Below, piece by piece: positions 37,925 through 51,052 of a stretch of 64,000 nucleotides of DNA. The translations under genes and the position numbers were made by a program. Each line of letters begins with the position of its first letter. Position 1 is the stretch's first letter. This DNA comes from Octopus sinensis (lineage: Eukaryota): the NCBI RefSeq assembly GCF_006345805.1, contig NC_043000.1, positions 99,758,001 through 99,822,000 on the forward strand, in the 5' to 3' direction. The notes beneath the pieces are model-generated. The model did not search any database. It had not been told where the DNA came from and saw only the letters and a list, made by a program, of their open reading frames with translations.

Positions 37925-38458
37925 ACGATCTCAAATTTTGGCATAATGCCAGTAATTTCGGGGAAGGGTGTAAGTCGATTACATCGACCGCAGTGTTCAA
38001 CTGGTACGTATTTTATCAACCCCGAAGGGATGAAAGGTAAAGTCGGAATTTGAATTCGGAATGTAAAGACTAAACAAATGCCTCTAATCATTTTGCCCGG
38101 CCTGCCATCGATTCTGCCTCATAATAATAATAATAATAATGATAATAATAATAATAATAATGATGATGATAGTAATAATAATAATAATAATAATATAACA
38201 TCAGTGTGCTTCAGTTGGTAAGTACTGATGCAATATCATAGATGAAGAAAGGCGGCGAGGTGGCAGAAACGTTAGTACGCTTAGCGGTATTTCGTCTGTC
38301 TTTATGTTCTGAGTTCAAATTCCGCCGAGGTCAACTTTGTTTTTCATCCTTTCGAGGTCGATAAATCAACTAGCAGGTCGTGTACTGGGGTCGATGTAAT
38401 CGACTGGCCCCCAAAATTTCGAGCCTTATGTCTAGAGTAGAAAAGATTATCATAGATG
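37925..38458. mobile_element. Two SINE A copies head-to-head: 37925-38120 (-) and 38250-38458 (+)
   Basis: Shared core on opposite strands, separated by an (AAT)n tract. Confidence 0.75.
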
Positions 38459-38621
38459 AAGAGTCGAGTGGCTGAGTGACTACTATATCTACTGAGTGTA
38501 GAAGTCTTGCGTTCAAATCTCGGTAAAAGCTGTTAATTGTATATTTAGAGATTAACCATTTTACGGCGGGCATTCATTCGATTGCCTGCGCACGGCAACG
38601 GTAATCGCTATTTAAAGCATA

Positions 38622-39539
38622 TATTGGGCTATCCCATAAATAATCCGGTTTTTTCAGCTGCATAAACTAAAATCGGAGGCGGACGGGATAAATTACCTGC
38701 ATTAACTTGCTATAACAGCAGGTAATAATTTTATCTTTGTACTTACTCTTAGTAAAAGTCTTGAAATGTAGAGTTCAATTCTAACAGTTATTTTTTCAAA
38801 GCTATAATGGAAGTGAGAAAGGAGCATATTCGGCATATTTTGCTTTTTGAGTTCAATAAAGGCAACAATGCAACGAAAAGTGCGAGGAATATTAATGCAG
38901 TATATGGGGATCAGAAAATAAGGCTAAGTCAGTGTCAACGGTGGTTCCAGAAATTCCGAGTCGAAAACTACTGCCTAGAAGACAAACCACGTCCTGGAAG
39001 ATCTGTAGAGCTCGACGAGAACGTCCTAGCAAACCCCGGTGGAACAAAATCCCATCGTAACTGTTAAGGAACTAGCAGAGAAGCTTGGATTTGGTAATTC
39101 AATCAGTTCTTCAAGTCAGCGCTAGAAGAAAAACTACCATATTTGGTTTCAAGACAAAAGGTGTTCCATCAGGATAATGCTCGGCCACATACAGCGAGGA
39201 TAACATTCCAAAAGCTGGAGCAATTTTAATTGGAAACGATGCCCTACCCACCATATTTGCCTAACATTGCCCTATCTGATTGGGGACGTTGCCCTGTCTG
39301 ATTAGGGACGGAAAAAATGTGAATTCTGTAGACGAGGTCAGAACAGTTCTGGAAGAGTATTTTTCGTCATGGACAAGTGAATGTTAGAAGAGGGGCCATG
39401 CAAGTCTACCAGATAGATGGAAGAGCATTGCAGAAAATGAAGGAAAGTATATTTTAGATTAAAAAAGAACTTTGTTTATCTTAATTTTGAAAAATAAAAG
39501 AAGTATTAAAAAAACGCATTATTTATGGATGACCCGTTA
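38622..39539 (+). mobile_element. Internally deleted mariner relic
   Basis: TIRs TTGGGCTATCCCATAAATAATCCGG and CGCATTATTTATGGATGACCCG with flanking TA. HTH N-terminus MEVRKEHIRHILLFEFNKG..QRWFQKFR, then HQDNARPH and a PPY.P.IA.SD remnant. Confidence 0.85.
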
Positions 39540-40254
39540 CATTGCGTGCATAAATTTACGTCAACCGTTTTAAGAGGGTTAAACTTAATTATACCGTCTT
39601 CCTCATTCCAAAGAAGTTGCAGTTATTCCCTCTTCCTCTTATCTCTATCAAATATCAAGTGTTGAAGCTTCCGATTAACGAACACTGTCACTACCTGGTC
39701 TTTGGATGCCCTTAGCTAAATGCAGTCTGTTTTAAGCATTGAGGATTAGATCTTCCGTGTAAGGACGATAATTCGATATCTTAGTTCGTTGTAGCCTACA
39801 TCAGCAATCAATGACGTTGTAGTTACTTGATACTTCCCAATCACTATTCTTCTCTGAAGACTTGTTCACCACCACAACCCACGCCACCCCACCATCGACT
39901 CTCCTGCAACTACTACTACCACCACCACCACAGGCTCCTTCCACCACTACCCGCTTCCGACAATATTCCCTTCCGTCCCTACCACCATAACTGCTTCACT
40001 CGTCCTTCCGCCGCCGCCACCACCACAACCACCACCACCAGCACCACCATCATCATCTTCCCCGCCACCTCATCTACCTCTTGAACCCTCAGAAAGAGTT
40101 GTCAAGCTTCCCCCAAATCACACACACACACACAACCGCCTTAAAATGGATGAAAAAGATAGGATGACCATGAACAGTATGGTCATGAACAGAATGATTT
40201 TTTTATTTATCTTCGGACCGTCCAGTCAGTGTTGATTTTAGGCTAAACACTGGA

Positions 40255-40636
40255 AGCACTCCGTCGGTTACGACGACGAGGGTTCCGGTATATCCGATCA
40301 ATGGAACAGCCTGCTCGTGAAATTAACGTGTAAGTAGCTGAGCACTCCACAGACACGTGTACCCTTAACGTAGTTCTCGGGGATATTCAGCATGACACAG
40401 AGAGTGACAAGGCCGGCCCTTTTGAAATACAGGTACAACAGAAACAGGAAGTAAGAGTGAGAGAAAGTTGTGGTGAAAGAGTACAGCAGGGATCACCACC
40501 ATCCCTGCCGGGGCCTTGTGGAGCTTTAGGTGTTTTCGCTCAATAAACACTCACGACGCTCGGTCTGGGAATCGAAACCGCGATCCTACGACCGCGAGTC
40601 CGCTGCCCTAATCACTGGGCCATTGCGCCTCCACAG
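40255..40636 (-). mobile_element. SINE family C, CpG-intact
   Basis: GCACTCCGTCGGTTACGACGACGAGGG..GGGAATCGAAACC..CCATTGCGCCTCCAC. Confidence 0.85.
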
Positions 40637-40699
40637 GGTAAACAGTAACAAATAGAAAACAACAACAAAAGCAAAATCAAAGGCAGCTGTAATACCACC

Positions 40700-40731
<32 letters not shown>

Positions 40732-41692
40732 CAACATAGCTTACTTTTGCAAAGCGAACTCTTCAAACATGCGCACAAGGTGTCTAGTTTCAGATGATTC
40801 AGCGCCGTTGCTCTTTTTTTCGCCAGCTGCTTTGGAGACCTTGGAAACGATCGGAAACTACACGTCCTTCTCCGACCAAGCTATACAAAATACAAGAAGG
40901 TCGTATATGAATATCTGCGGCAGACTGATGTCGTATTTTCCAGGGACGTTTATCGTTTCTTTATTCAAAATCATAAAACAGGATCGAAGCATGTGCTCAC
41001 CGTTATAACTGCCCTATGATTTGCGCGACGGATTCATATGTTCGAATTATTCTCAGGAATTGGTTTTATCCGAGATGAGTATTTATTAAGGTACACTTGC
41101 GCGAAAAAAAGCATTGCACACATGCGCACACGCACACGCGCGCCCGCACCACACACACATGCACAGAGAAATGTACGTACGTACTTACTAACACATACAT
41201 AATACATATATACATACATACGTACACACGCATGGAAACGCACGCACGCACTCATTCACACACGCACAGAAACGTACGCACGCACTAATTCACACACATA
41301 TACAAACATACATACATGCATGCATACATACATACATACATACATACACACACACACGCACACGCACGAACACATGCACACACAAACACGCATACACCCC
41401 CACACATATGTATACATATATATATGTATAAAGGGTCGGTTCTATGGTACTTAATCAGAACATTTTACTTCCAGTTCAGAAAAATTATATTATAGAAGGA
41501 TGGTACATATAGAATGTTAATACTCTTAAAAATGACTAAATTATATATAATGAAGATTTATTTGCATTCAGCATCGTATCTTGATACAAAATTACGATTG
41601 CAATATTTGGTACCCTTTGTTGGATTTGTAAATTACGCAGGAAAGTTACTTTTTATGCATAGAAAAATGCCACGTTAGATACTAGCATGATA

Positions 41693-41929
41693 TATATTTC
41701 TTTACTGCACACAAGGGGCTAAACATAGAGGGGACAAACAAGGACAGACAAAAGGATTAAGTCGATTACATCGACTCCAGTGCGTAACTGGTACTTAATT
41801 TATCGACCCCGAAAGGATGAAAGGCAAAGTAGACCTCGGCGGAATTTGAACTCAGAACGTAACGACAGACGAAATATACGGGAACGCATTTCGCCCGGCG
41901 TGCTAACGGTTCTGCCAGCTCGCCGCCTT
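41693..41929 (-). mobile_element. SINE family A (alternative tail) with 16-18 bp target-site duplication
   Basis: TTAGATACTAGCATGATA at 41675-41692 and 41928-41945. Confidence 0.9.
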
Positions 41930-42004
41930 AGATACTAGCATGATACAGGTAAACTTAAGACCAGAAATTTTGGCATATATGCTTATGAAAAATCTCCATC
42001 TTTT

Positions 42005-42218
42005 TTTTCTTTTATCCTTCACTTGCTTCAGTCATTAAACTGCGGCAGTTCTGGGGCACTGCCTCAGAGATGTTGTAGTCGAACGAATCGAATTAAAGCT
42101 TGGTACTTATTCTATCGGTATCTTTTGTCGAACCGCTAATTTACAGGCACATAAGAAACTAACATCGGTTGTCAAGCGGCGTGGGGGGACAAATACAGAC
42201 ACAAACACAAGGGGACAC

Positions 42219-42249
<31 letters not shown>

Positions 42250-42310
42250 TTGATGTATATATCCTGAACCATGTGGGTGGGAAGCAAACTTCTTACTACG
42301 CAGCCACACC
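42005..42310 (-). mobile_element. SINE family B, internally deleted
   Basis: TTCAGTCATTAAACTGCGGC..GAACCGCTAA..TCGGTTGTCAAGCG..CTGAACCATGTGG. Confidence 0.7.
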
Positions 42311-42550
42311 TTCATGTATATAATTTTGTAATGAATATTTCAGAAGTTCTACTAGTCTTGGTAAAACATTCATAAGAAAACAAAACAGTTCAGTTAAACC
42401 TGAAACAGCAAAATCAAACAGTGAACTATAATTACGTTTTAGAGATTAGGGGGCGTGGCTATCTGGAAAAGCAGCGTTAAAGAATATAAAGGTTTTGCAG
42501 GCTAAAACTTCTATAAATTCAAAGTTTTCATAGACTTAAATTGCTATTAA

Positions 42551-42862
42551 GTGGAGACACATGGCCTGGTGGTTAGAGCAGCGGACTCGCGGTCGAGGGA
42601 TCGCGGGTTCGAATCTCAAACCGGACGATGTGTGTATTTATGAGCGAAACACCTAAGCTCCACGCGGCTCCGGCAGAAGGTAATGGCGAACTTCTGCTGA
42701 CTCTTTGGCAACAACTTTCTCTCACTCTTTCCTCCTGCATCTTGCAGCTCACCTGCGACAGACCGGCGTCCCGTCCAGGTGGGGAACCTATACGCCAAGG
42801 AAACCGGGAAACTGGCCCTTATAGGCCAGGGCTGGCTTGAGAAGGGACAAACAACAACAACA
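42551..42862 (+). mobile_element. SINE family D with (AAC)n tail
   Basis: Highly similar to 29209-29480. Confidence 0.85.
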
Positions 42863-43525
42863 AATTTCTATTAAATTTGATCAATTATATAAATACTATA
42901 TTTTGACAGAAAATTTTCTGATGAAATTTTAGAGGTAAAAGTTTCGTTTTAGCTTTAAAAATGTTAAAATTTTCTAACACCAAACTTAAAATTTAGCTTT
43001 TACTTTAATTTTAACTTAAATTTTGGAAAGAGTTCTTGCAGTTGGAACGTTTGGTTTGCTTTGAAAAAATGCTCAGCAAATAAAAAATTCAAGAAAATAC
43101 ACCTCAAAATATTAAGTTTGAATGTGTCGATGCCCGCCGAAAATATTCTTGCATCATTTTTAGTTTTCTAATAAAAACATTTTAGATTATTGAGCATTGT
43201 AGTTTCTAAAGCTGCTAAAGAACGACGATATATTACGTAATATCGAAAGAAATCTATTTTATTTAGGAATATGTGAAACAGCTTAATTTAAAACAAAATT
43301 AGACTTTGGAACTCTTTCTAATTTTTCCTGAATACCATTAAGTTCAGTTGCTTTAATAGGAGAATTATTATACAGTTAAAAACAAACTTTCTTTTTATCA
43401 TCAGCTCAGTACATTTAGGTGATATAAAGCTGAATCAGAAATATTCTTAGCAATTTTGTCTTCGCTAACGCTAGAAAATCCTAGAAATCATTCACAAAAA
43501 TTTGCTCATTTCTATCACCGTAGCA

Positions 43526-44070
43526 TAAAGTGATCCTTCGTTTATCGCGGTAGATTGGTTCCGAGACCGGCCGCGTTAACTGAATTTCCGCGAAGTAGGG
43601 ACACCATATTTACAATATGTAAATATTTATTTAACGTGTATTTGGACTTTTAAAACCCTCCCTGTACTGCTAACAACTTACCCATTACAGTGGTCTATTA
43701 ATAACAAAGACAACTGTTAAGCAATAACATTTTAGATTTAAAAAAATAAAGATTGTTACTGTACTCAACACGAAAGAAGTTGAAGTAAAATTTGAATGAT
43801 GATGGTGATGAATTTGCTGCGCAGTAGAAATGATGATGATGAAGCTGACGGCGGTGCCTGTCTTAAGTTCAAATACCCCTGTATATGCTTTTTTGCTATT
43901 TTACGCTTGTTTTGTTGTCCCTAGGCTAGGAAATAATATTTATTATTAATATTTTAATGAATTTAACGAAAAATTTTAGGTGTTCATATATATATATATA
44001 CACATTTTAAAAATCCGCGAAGTCGTGAATCCGCAATAGTTGAACCGCGAAGTAGCGATAGATCACTGTA
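43526..44070. mobile_element. Non-autonomous pogo/Tigger-like MITE
   Basis: Imperfect TIRs AGTGATCCTTCGTTTATCGCGG and CCGCGAAGTAGCGATAGATCACTG with TA ends; repeated CCGCGA subterminal motifs. Confidence 0.65.
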
Positions 44071-44679
44071 CAGCAAATGAAACGGGAGATAACTTACGTT
44101 AGAAGTATTCTCTATTAAAATGGTGACACATTCTGTAATCCCCTTTTTAATACGTTACTAAAAGACAGTAATAATTGAGTGGATTAGATTGCTCTGAATA
44201 ATTGATGACAATCCTTTAGAGACATTAACACTTATCAAATGATTTTGGCAGCTTTTCGTCAAAATGAACGAGACAGAGATAACAATGTAGTTAGCAATGT
44301 TTTCAGATAACTTACTTTAATCTTGGCTACAATGAAAGTAAGTTTATCTGAATGAAAGTATTCACAATGAAAATAAGAAACCGAGTCAATTAATTCTTTC
44401 ATTCATCCAAAGCATGTTATTCTAGTTAGTCTTTTCAAGTTATCTCTGATTTATGAAATTTTCAGTATCGCTACTATCGTAAGTGGTTTCTGCTTGCCAA
44501 GTGGTTAATCAACTTCAAAGGTTTTCCAAATTTGTTTAAAACGAACATACATATTCCTGATAAATGGATTATTGACATTTCGTGACAAGCAATTGCAGCA
44601 AGAAAGTGAATTTCGTCACGTCCTTTACTTGAACTTCTAACCTATTATTTATCTATTTATTTATTTGTTTACTCGGTTA

Positions 44680-45248
44680 TTCGGTTACTTGTTTCAGTCA
44701 TGTGATTGTGGCCATGCTGGAGCACCGCCTTTAGTCGAGCAAATCGACCCAGGACTTATTCTTTGTAAGCCTGGTACTTATTCTATCGGTTTCTTTTACT
44801 GAACCGCTAAGTTACGGGGTCATAAACACACCAGCATCGGTTGTCAAGCGATGTTGGGGGGACAAACACAGACACACAAGCACACACACACATATATATA
44901 TATATATACATATATACGACGGGCTTCTTTCAGTTTCCGTCTACCAAATCTACTCACAAGGCTTTGGTCGGCCCGAGGCTATAGTAGAAGACACTAGCCC
45001 AAGGTGCCATGCAGTGGGACTGAACCCGGAACCATGTGGTTCGTAAGCAAGCTACTTACCATACAGCCACTCCTACGCCTGTGCAGACCTAGCTGTGTGG
45101 TAAAAAGTTTGCTTCCCTTTCAAACCACATGGTCCCTGGTTCAGTCCCACTGCGCGGGAACTTGGACGAGTGTCTTCTGCTATAGCCTCAGGCTGACCAA
45201 AGACTCATGAGCTGATTTGGTTGACGGAAACTGAAAGAAGCCTGCCGC
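44680..45248. mobile_element. SINE B full copy (-, 44680-45080) abutting a SINE B 5' half (+, 45081-45248) head-to-head
   Basis: The same 5' segment is present on both strands with almost no spacer. Confidence 0.85.
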
Positions 45249-46194
45249 AAATATATATATGTACGTATGTATGTATAAAGACAAGGTATAAATAATGGTC
45301 ATTACATTATTTTTCCTTTATTGGAGCAAATTTGGCTTACAGGTGTTTCCAGAAGTCCTTATAGGTACGTCATTGGTAGGTTTCCTCAATTGAGAAAATT
45401 GAGAAAAATTGAACGATCTATAAATATTATTGCTACTTTCGTCAGAACTATTTCTGGTTATAACAGAGCACATCACTGAAGGAATGGTACATGCATGAGG
45501 AAGGAGGAAAAAAGGAAAGATGGAAATAGAATAGAGAAAAGAGGAAGATGGGTTACAAAGAGGTGAGGAGAAGGAAGTAAAAGATAGAAGACTTAATAGA
45601 AGGCCGAAATTTGGGAAAAGGACATTCACAAAACAATAGTATTTATAGTCAGGTTAACACACATGAACATATTTGCATTGTTTTTAGGTTAGATATTCTC
45701 CAAATGTGTTGAAATTTTATATGGGCTGTTTACACACATGTTCAACTTAAGTCTTTTATATTTGGTCATTGGCGCTATCAAGTATATTAGGGGAATTACA
45801 TTAGAAGATGAATGAAATATCAATAGTAGTCATATTGTGATTTAGAGGTTTGAGAAAGCTCTGATTAGCTAGGATATAAAATGTTGATAGATTGAGAGAT
45901 GTGAGGTTGAAATGAGATAAAGTCAATTTGAGTTGTTTCAAGTCAAATAACATTGAAGGCTGGATATAGTTTTAGATTTAAACTCATTAAAGGAGTTTTA
46001 AAAATTTAAACCATTAAATATCTTTCCGATTAAGATTTGAACTAAAGTTAAAATTTTAAAATTTAACATTGAAGCAAACTAAAGGTTAAAAGAATTTAAA
46101 TATTTTACGAAATAATAGGTAATACTAAAACCATAATGATGATGATGATGATGATGATGTTGATGATGATGATAACAGCAACAACACCAATAAC

Positions 46195-46385
46195 AATCTT
46201 TTCTACTATAGGCACAAGGCCTGAAATTTTGGGGTAGGGGACTAGTCGATTACTTCGACCCCAGCACTCAATTTATCGACCCCGAAAGGATGAAAGGCAG
46301 AGTCGACCTTGGTGGAATTTGAAATCAGAACGTAGCAACGGGCGAAATAACGCTAAGCATTTAATCCAGCGTGCTAATCATTCTG
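46195..46385 (-). mobile_element. SINE family A
   Basis: TTCTACTATAGGCACAAGGCCTGAAATTTT..GACCCCGAAAGGATGAAAGGC. Confidence 0.85.
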
Positions 46386-46429
46386 TGTATGTATGTATGT
46401 ATGTATGTATGTATGTATGTATGTATGTA

Positions 46430-47179
46430 TGTCTCCACTGGGCTCTGTTCAGTGCTTTCGATTTCCATGTCTTCAAGTGTACTTTATCGGGTTTCAAGCA
46501 GGTCTTTATATATATATATAAGCAGTCCTGGAATTCTTGCGAAGTGATGTCTTTTAACGCCTCCGTCGTTTATTTCTTCTCCTCTTCCACACTTGCAAGA
46601 CGTTTTCTTTAAGACCTTTTTACATTCGGAAAAAAAAGTCGCAGGAAGCAAGATCAACTTCCAACTGTTCTTTCAGTTCACAACTCGCATTCATTCGTAA
46701 CTGTTTTTGATCTTCTGTGAGCGAGCGAGGCACAAATTTTGCTGCAACACTTTTTATTCGCAATTCCTCGCTCAAAATTCGTTGTTAGGTGCTCCAGGGC
46801 ACACCGGTCATATAATCATGTTCGTCAATTGTTCGGCGACGGCACTCAAAGGGCAGCTCATGAATTTTCGTTCGGGGGTGGGGGCGTGGGAGTTGACGGT
46901 CACCTTGAACGAGGCTGGTCTTCAAGCGACAAGTGACTATTCCTAAAGCGTGAAGACCACTCGGAAACCTGTGTTTTGCTCATGGAAGCGTCCTTGTTTG
47001 AAGCATGCAATCAGGGGAGAAGCTCTGCAAAACAAAGACACACTATGTGGCTGTACGACTTCACTAGACGATGCCGGTCCGCAGACTGATGCCTAAAGGT
47101 GACTTCTAGCGGTGGAAGCTTGAACTACGATGGGCACATTCTACAAAAATTTTCGGTTGCTTTTGGATACCTCCTCGTA
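46430..47179 (-). mobile_element. Truncated mariner relic (different subfamily)
   Basis: End TACGAGGAGGTATCCAAAAGCAACCG is mariner-TIR-like; minus strand AAKFVPRSLTEDQKQLRM is the WVPHEL-equivalent motif. Confidence 0.6.
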
Positions 47180-47184
47180 TATAC

Positions 47185-47404
47185 GTATATTCTTTTATTC
47201 TTTTACTTGTTTCAGTCATTTGATTACGGTCATGATGGAGCACCACCTTTAGTCGAACAAATCAACGCCAGGACTTATTCTTTATAAGCCTAGTACTTGT
47301 GCTCTGGGTCTCTCTTGCCGAACCGCTAAGTTACAGGGGCGTAAACGCACCAACATCGGTTGTCAAGCGATGGTGGGGGACAAGCACAGACACACAAACA
47401 CACA

Positions 47405-47460
<56 letters not shown>

Positions 47461-48010
47461 CTAGGTGTTGGACCCGGTGTTGCCCGTGTTTTCTGTGTTG
47501 AAGTTAAGCCCGTCTCTGACCTTATATTGAACAAGTATTTCCTTAGACACTATTTTATCGATTTTGTTGAAATTTTACACGTGAAAAAATGCAAAAGCTG
47601 CAGGAAAAATAACATCATTATGGAAATTTCCATTCAAACGCCCGATTGAGCTCACAAAAAATCGATGCCAACTGAGTATTATCGAGTTTTCGAAAACTTC
47701 CGGCCATATTTGAACTTCAGGGCACGTGATCTACCTATGTGCCAAAACTCATTAAAATCAGTTGAACGATGTGGGAGGAGTTAGAGTAAACTCAGACACA
47801 CAGACACCATTACACATTTATGTATATATAAAAAAAAATATATATACACACACACACACACATATATATACGACGGGTTTCTTTCAGTTTCCATCTACCA
47901 AATCCACTCACAAGGCAGGAGGCTATAGTAGAAGACACTGCTACGCAGTGTAACTGAAACCGGAACTATGTGGGAAGGAAGCTTCTTACCACACAGCCAT
48001 ACTTGCGCCT
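47185..48010 (-). mobile_element. SINE family B split by a Helitron-like insert
   Basis: 3' half at 47185-47460, 5' half at about 47850-48010. Confidence 0.8.
47461..47830 (-). mobile_element. Non-autonomous Helitron-like element
   Basis: Minus-strand 3' end ACGGGCAACACCGGGTCCAACACCTAG|T (hairpin remnant + CTAG). Confidence 0.55.
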
Positions 48011-48021
48011 ATATATATATG

Positions 48022-48262
48022 GTGTGAAATTAACGTGCAAGTGGCTGAGTACTCCACAGACACGTGTACCCTTAACTTAGTTCTCAGGGAGATTCAGCAT
48101 GACACAGATTGTGACAAGGCTGGCCCTTTGTAATACAGGTACTACTCACTTTTGCCAGCTGTGTGGACTGGAGCAACGTGAAATAAAATGTCACCGGGAA
48201 TTGAACTTACGACCTTACGATCATGAGTCGAATGCCCTAACCACTAAACCACGCGCCTTCAC
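48022..48262 (-). mobile_element. SINE family C
   Basis: GTGAAATTAACGTGCAAGTGG..CCCTAACCACTAAACCACGCGCCTTCAC. Confidence 0.85.
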
Positions 48263-48721
48263 TATGTGTGTGTGAGAGAGAGAGAGGGAGACAAAGAGAG
48301 AGAGAGAGAGAGAGTGTGTGTGTGTGTGTGTGTGTTTGCATGCGCGCACGCGCAGACAGAGAAGGAGAGACGAAAAGTTCGCTCAAATTTTGATTTAGTA
48401 TGCATAACCGGAGTATTTTTCATACACATTTGGTTTTCGTTTTTTTTTTGTTTTTTGCTCTCTATCTTTTCGACAAGACAATTATATTTATCATCTGATG
48501 ATTAGCTTATTAAATTTTTAAAACTAAATACGAGTGACTTTAAGTAACGATGTTTTATCTATAATGGTTCTATCATATTATAGATATTTTATTCTTCTCT
48601 TGTATGTGTGTATGTCTCTTTGAGAATTATTAAAAAATTTTCCTGATATATGTAAAATGTATATTTATGAATGTACGTACGATGTATATATATATATATA
48701 TATATATATTATGTATGTGTG

Positions 48722-48785
<64 letters not shown>

Positions 48786-48822
48786 ATATATAATATATAT
48801 ATATATGTATGTATGTGTATAT

Positions 48823-48864
<42 letters not shown>

Positions 48865-49485
48865 TTTAAATATTTATACTATCTATATATGTGTGTGTTG
48901 TAACAAAGAGAGAGGTTGGAGTATAACAGAAAAGTAAGTAATTCAAGTAAAGCGAGAGATAAGACAGAGGAGAAGCTGCAGGATAAATTCAGTGCAAGGC
49001 GGAATGATGTAAGAGGTAATAAAAAAAATTGCGTTTAAGAAATTGGAAGGAAAGTGAAAGCCAAGATGAAATGTTTGAAAAGAAGAAAGACGAGGAACTG
49101 AGAACTGCAAATAGAACGCAGAAATAAGTCTACAGACAAAGATAGTTCCAGAAGATCTTTCTGTTCTATACTGCAGACAATATAACAAAGACTTTTGGGA
49201 ATCAAAGAATTTATATTTTCTTCAGGTCAGTCAGAAATAAAGTTTCAATGATGGACTGAACTCGAACGGTGCAAATAATAACTAGAAATGGGAATCTACT
49301 GGGGTTCTGCGGTGTATTGTAGTAACGAAGGGAAGGTTAATGTCATAAAGCGAAATGGAAAGACAATGGCATAAATGCGAAATACTGGCGCACGCATAGT
49401 TGTATGTTCAAGAAGTTTGGTTCGCGGTCAAATGAATCCACGATCGATCCAACTACGCGGCAGTTTGGGTAAGTTTCCACCTACC

Positions 49486-49552
49486 ATGATTGAATACACA
49501 TGATTGAATACACATGATTGAATACACATGATTGAATACACATGATTGAATA
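49486..49552. repeat. 14-bp tandem repeat, about 4.8 copies
   Basis: ATGATTGAATACAC perfect units. Confidence 0.95.
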
Positions 49553-50217
49553 ACATTAGGATTGAAATTTTTGAGCCCAGATACTGGAAGATGAACCAGT
49601 TCTTCCAGACGCAGAAAGATTCCAAGAGCCAAGCGGAAATTGACATGAGCTATCATCAACAACAAATAGTGAGTTCCTCTAGTAAGGAAAATCAGAGGCG
49701 ACTGTTAATTTTAACAAGAAATTGCAATAAAATAACACTAGCATAGAAAATAAGCTAGTCAGTAGATTAGAAGACGCATTTAGAAATGAAATAGCAAACG
49801 GCTTCTCAGCGGTAAGGTTGACCCTAGGCCATTTCTTCGACGGGAAACATGAAAGCTGCTTTTCAAGTTAGGGTGCATGCGCTGAAACATGGAAGCTCAA
49901 AAGCCGTTGGTTGGGTTTATGTGTCGGAGGCACAGCATATCAACTAGGCTAGTATTTATCCTGTTGTTTATTTATTTTAATGCTATTTCTGTATTCTTTG
50001 TTGTGTCTGGGGAGAGTCATTTTCTTTTTGTGCCTTATAATGTAACACATTCACCGGTAAAATTTCCACTTATTTCTTATTTTTATTTTCCTAAAATTTT
50101 CGTTGCGTCTTGCAACCTTTTCAATAGTCTTGACTCTGTCCGTTATTTACACTGCGTTCCCTTTTTGTTTGTTTGTGCGCATGTGTGTGGGTCAGTGTGT
50201 GTGTGTGTGTGTGTGCG

Positions 50218-50255
<38 letters not shown>

Positions 50256-50264
50256 GGGGGGGGT

Positions 50265-50299
<35 letters not shown>

Positions 50300-50419
50300 G
50301 CAACTATGTACCATGTTTGTATGTATTCTTTGTTATATCTTAATTGTTGGTCTCCCCCTTTCAATATAAACTGCACCTTTCTGTCTGTTGTATCATATTT
50401 CGTCCTTTGATGTCGTTCT

Positions 50420-50487
50420 CAATGCATTGAGCCCATGTGACCAACAACGACAATAAAGGAAATCATCATCATCACCACCACCATCAC

Positions 50488-50552
<65 letters not shown>

Positions 50553-50712
50553 CCATCATCATCATCATCGTCGTCGTCGTCGTTCTTGTTGTTACTGCAA
50601 TTTTCTCCACTTTTGATGATTTCTTATATTATCTACGTCATGTCTTAGCGCTTTCTCACATTTTCAACACATTTTCAATACATGAGCTGTTCCGAGTATG
50701 TGTACTTCCCTC

Positions 50713-50743
<31 letters not shown>

Positions 50744-50788
50744 CCTCCTCCTCCTCCTCCTCATCATCATCATCACATCATCATCATC

Positions 50789-50823
<35 letters not shown>

Positions 50824-50840
50824 CATTATTATTATTATTC
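50420..50840. repeat. (CAT)n, (CCT)n and (ATT)n microsatellite cluster
   Basis: Directly visible. Confidence 0.9.
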
Positions 50841-51047
50841 CTCGGCGGAATTTGAACTCAGAATGTTTTCGTCCGCCTTTTCGTTCTGAGCTCAAATTCC
50901 GCCGAGGTCGACTTTGCCTTTCATCCTTTCGGGGGGGTCGATGAAATAAGAACCAGTTATGCACTGGGGTCGATGCAATCGACTTATCTCCCCCCCCCCC
51001 AAAAAAAAAATTTCAGGCCTTGTGCTTACAGTAGAAAGGATTAATAT
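50840..51047 (+). mobile_element. SINE family A with an inverted duplication of its B-box region at the 5' end
   Basis: 50840-50863 pairs with 50884-50907 (1 mismatch in 24). Confidence 0.85.
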
Positions 51048-51052
51048 TGTTA

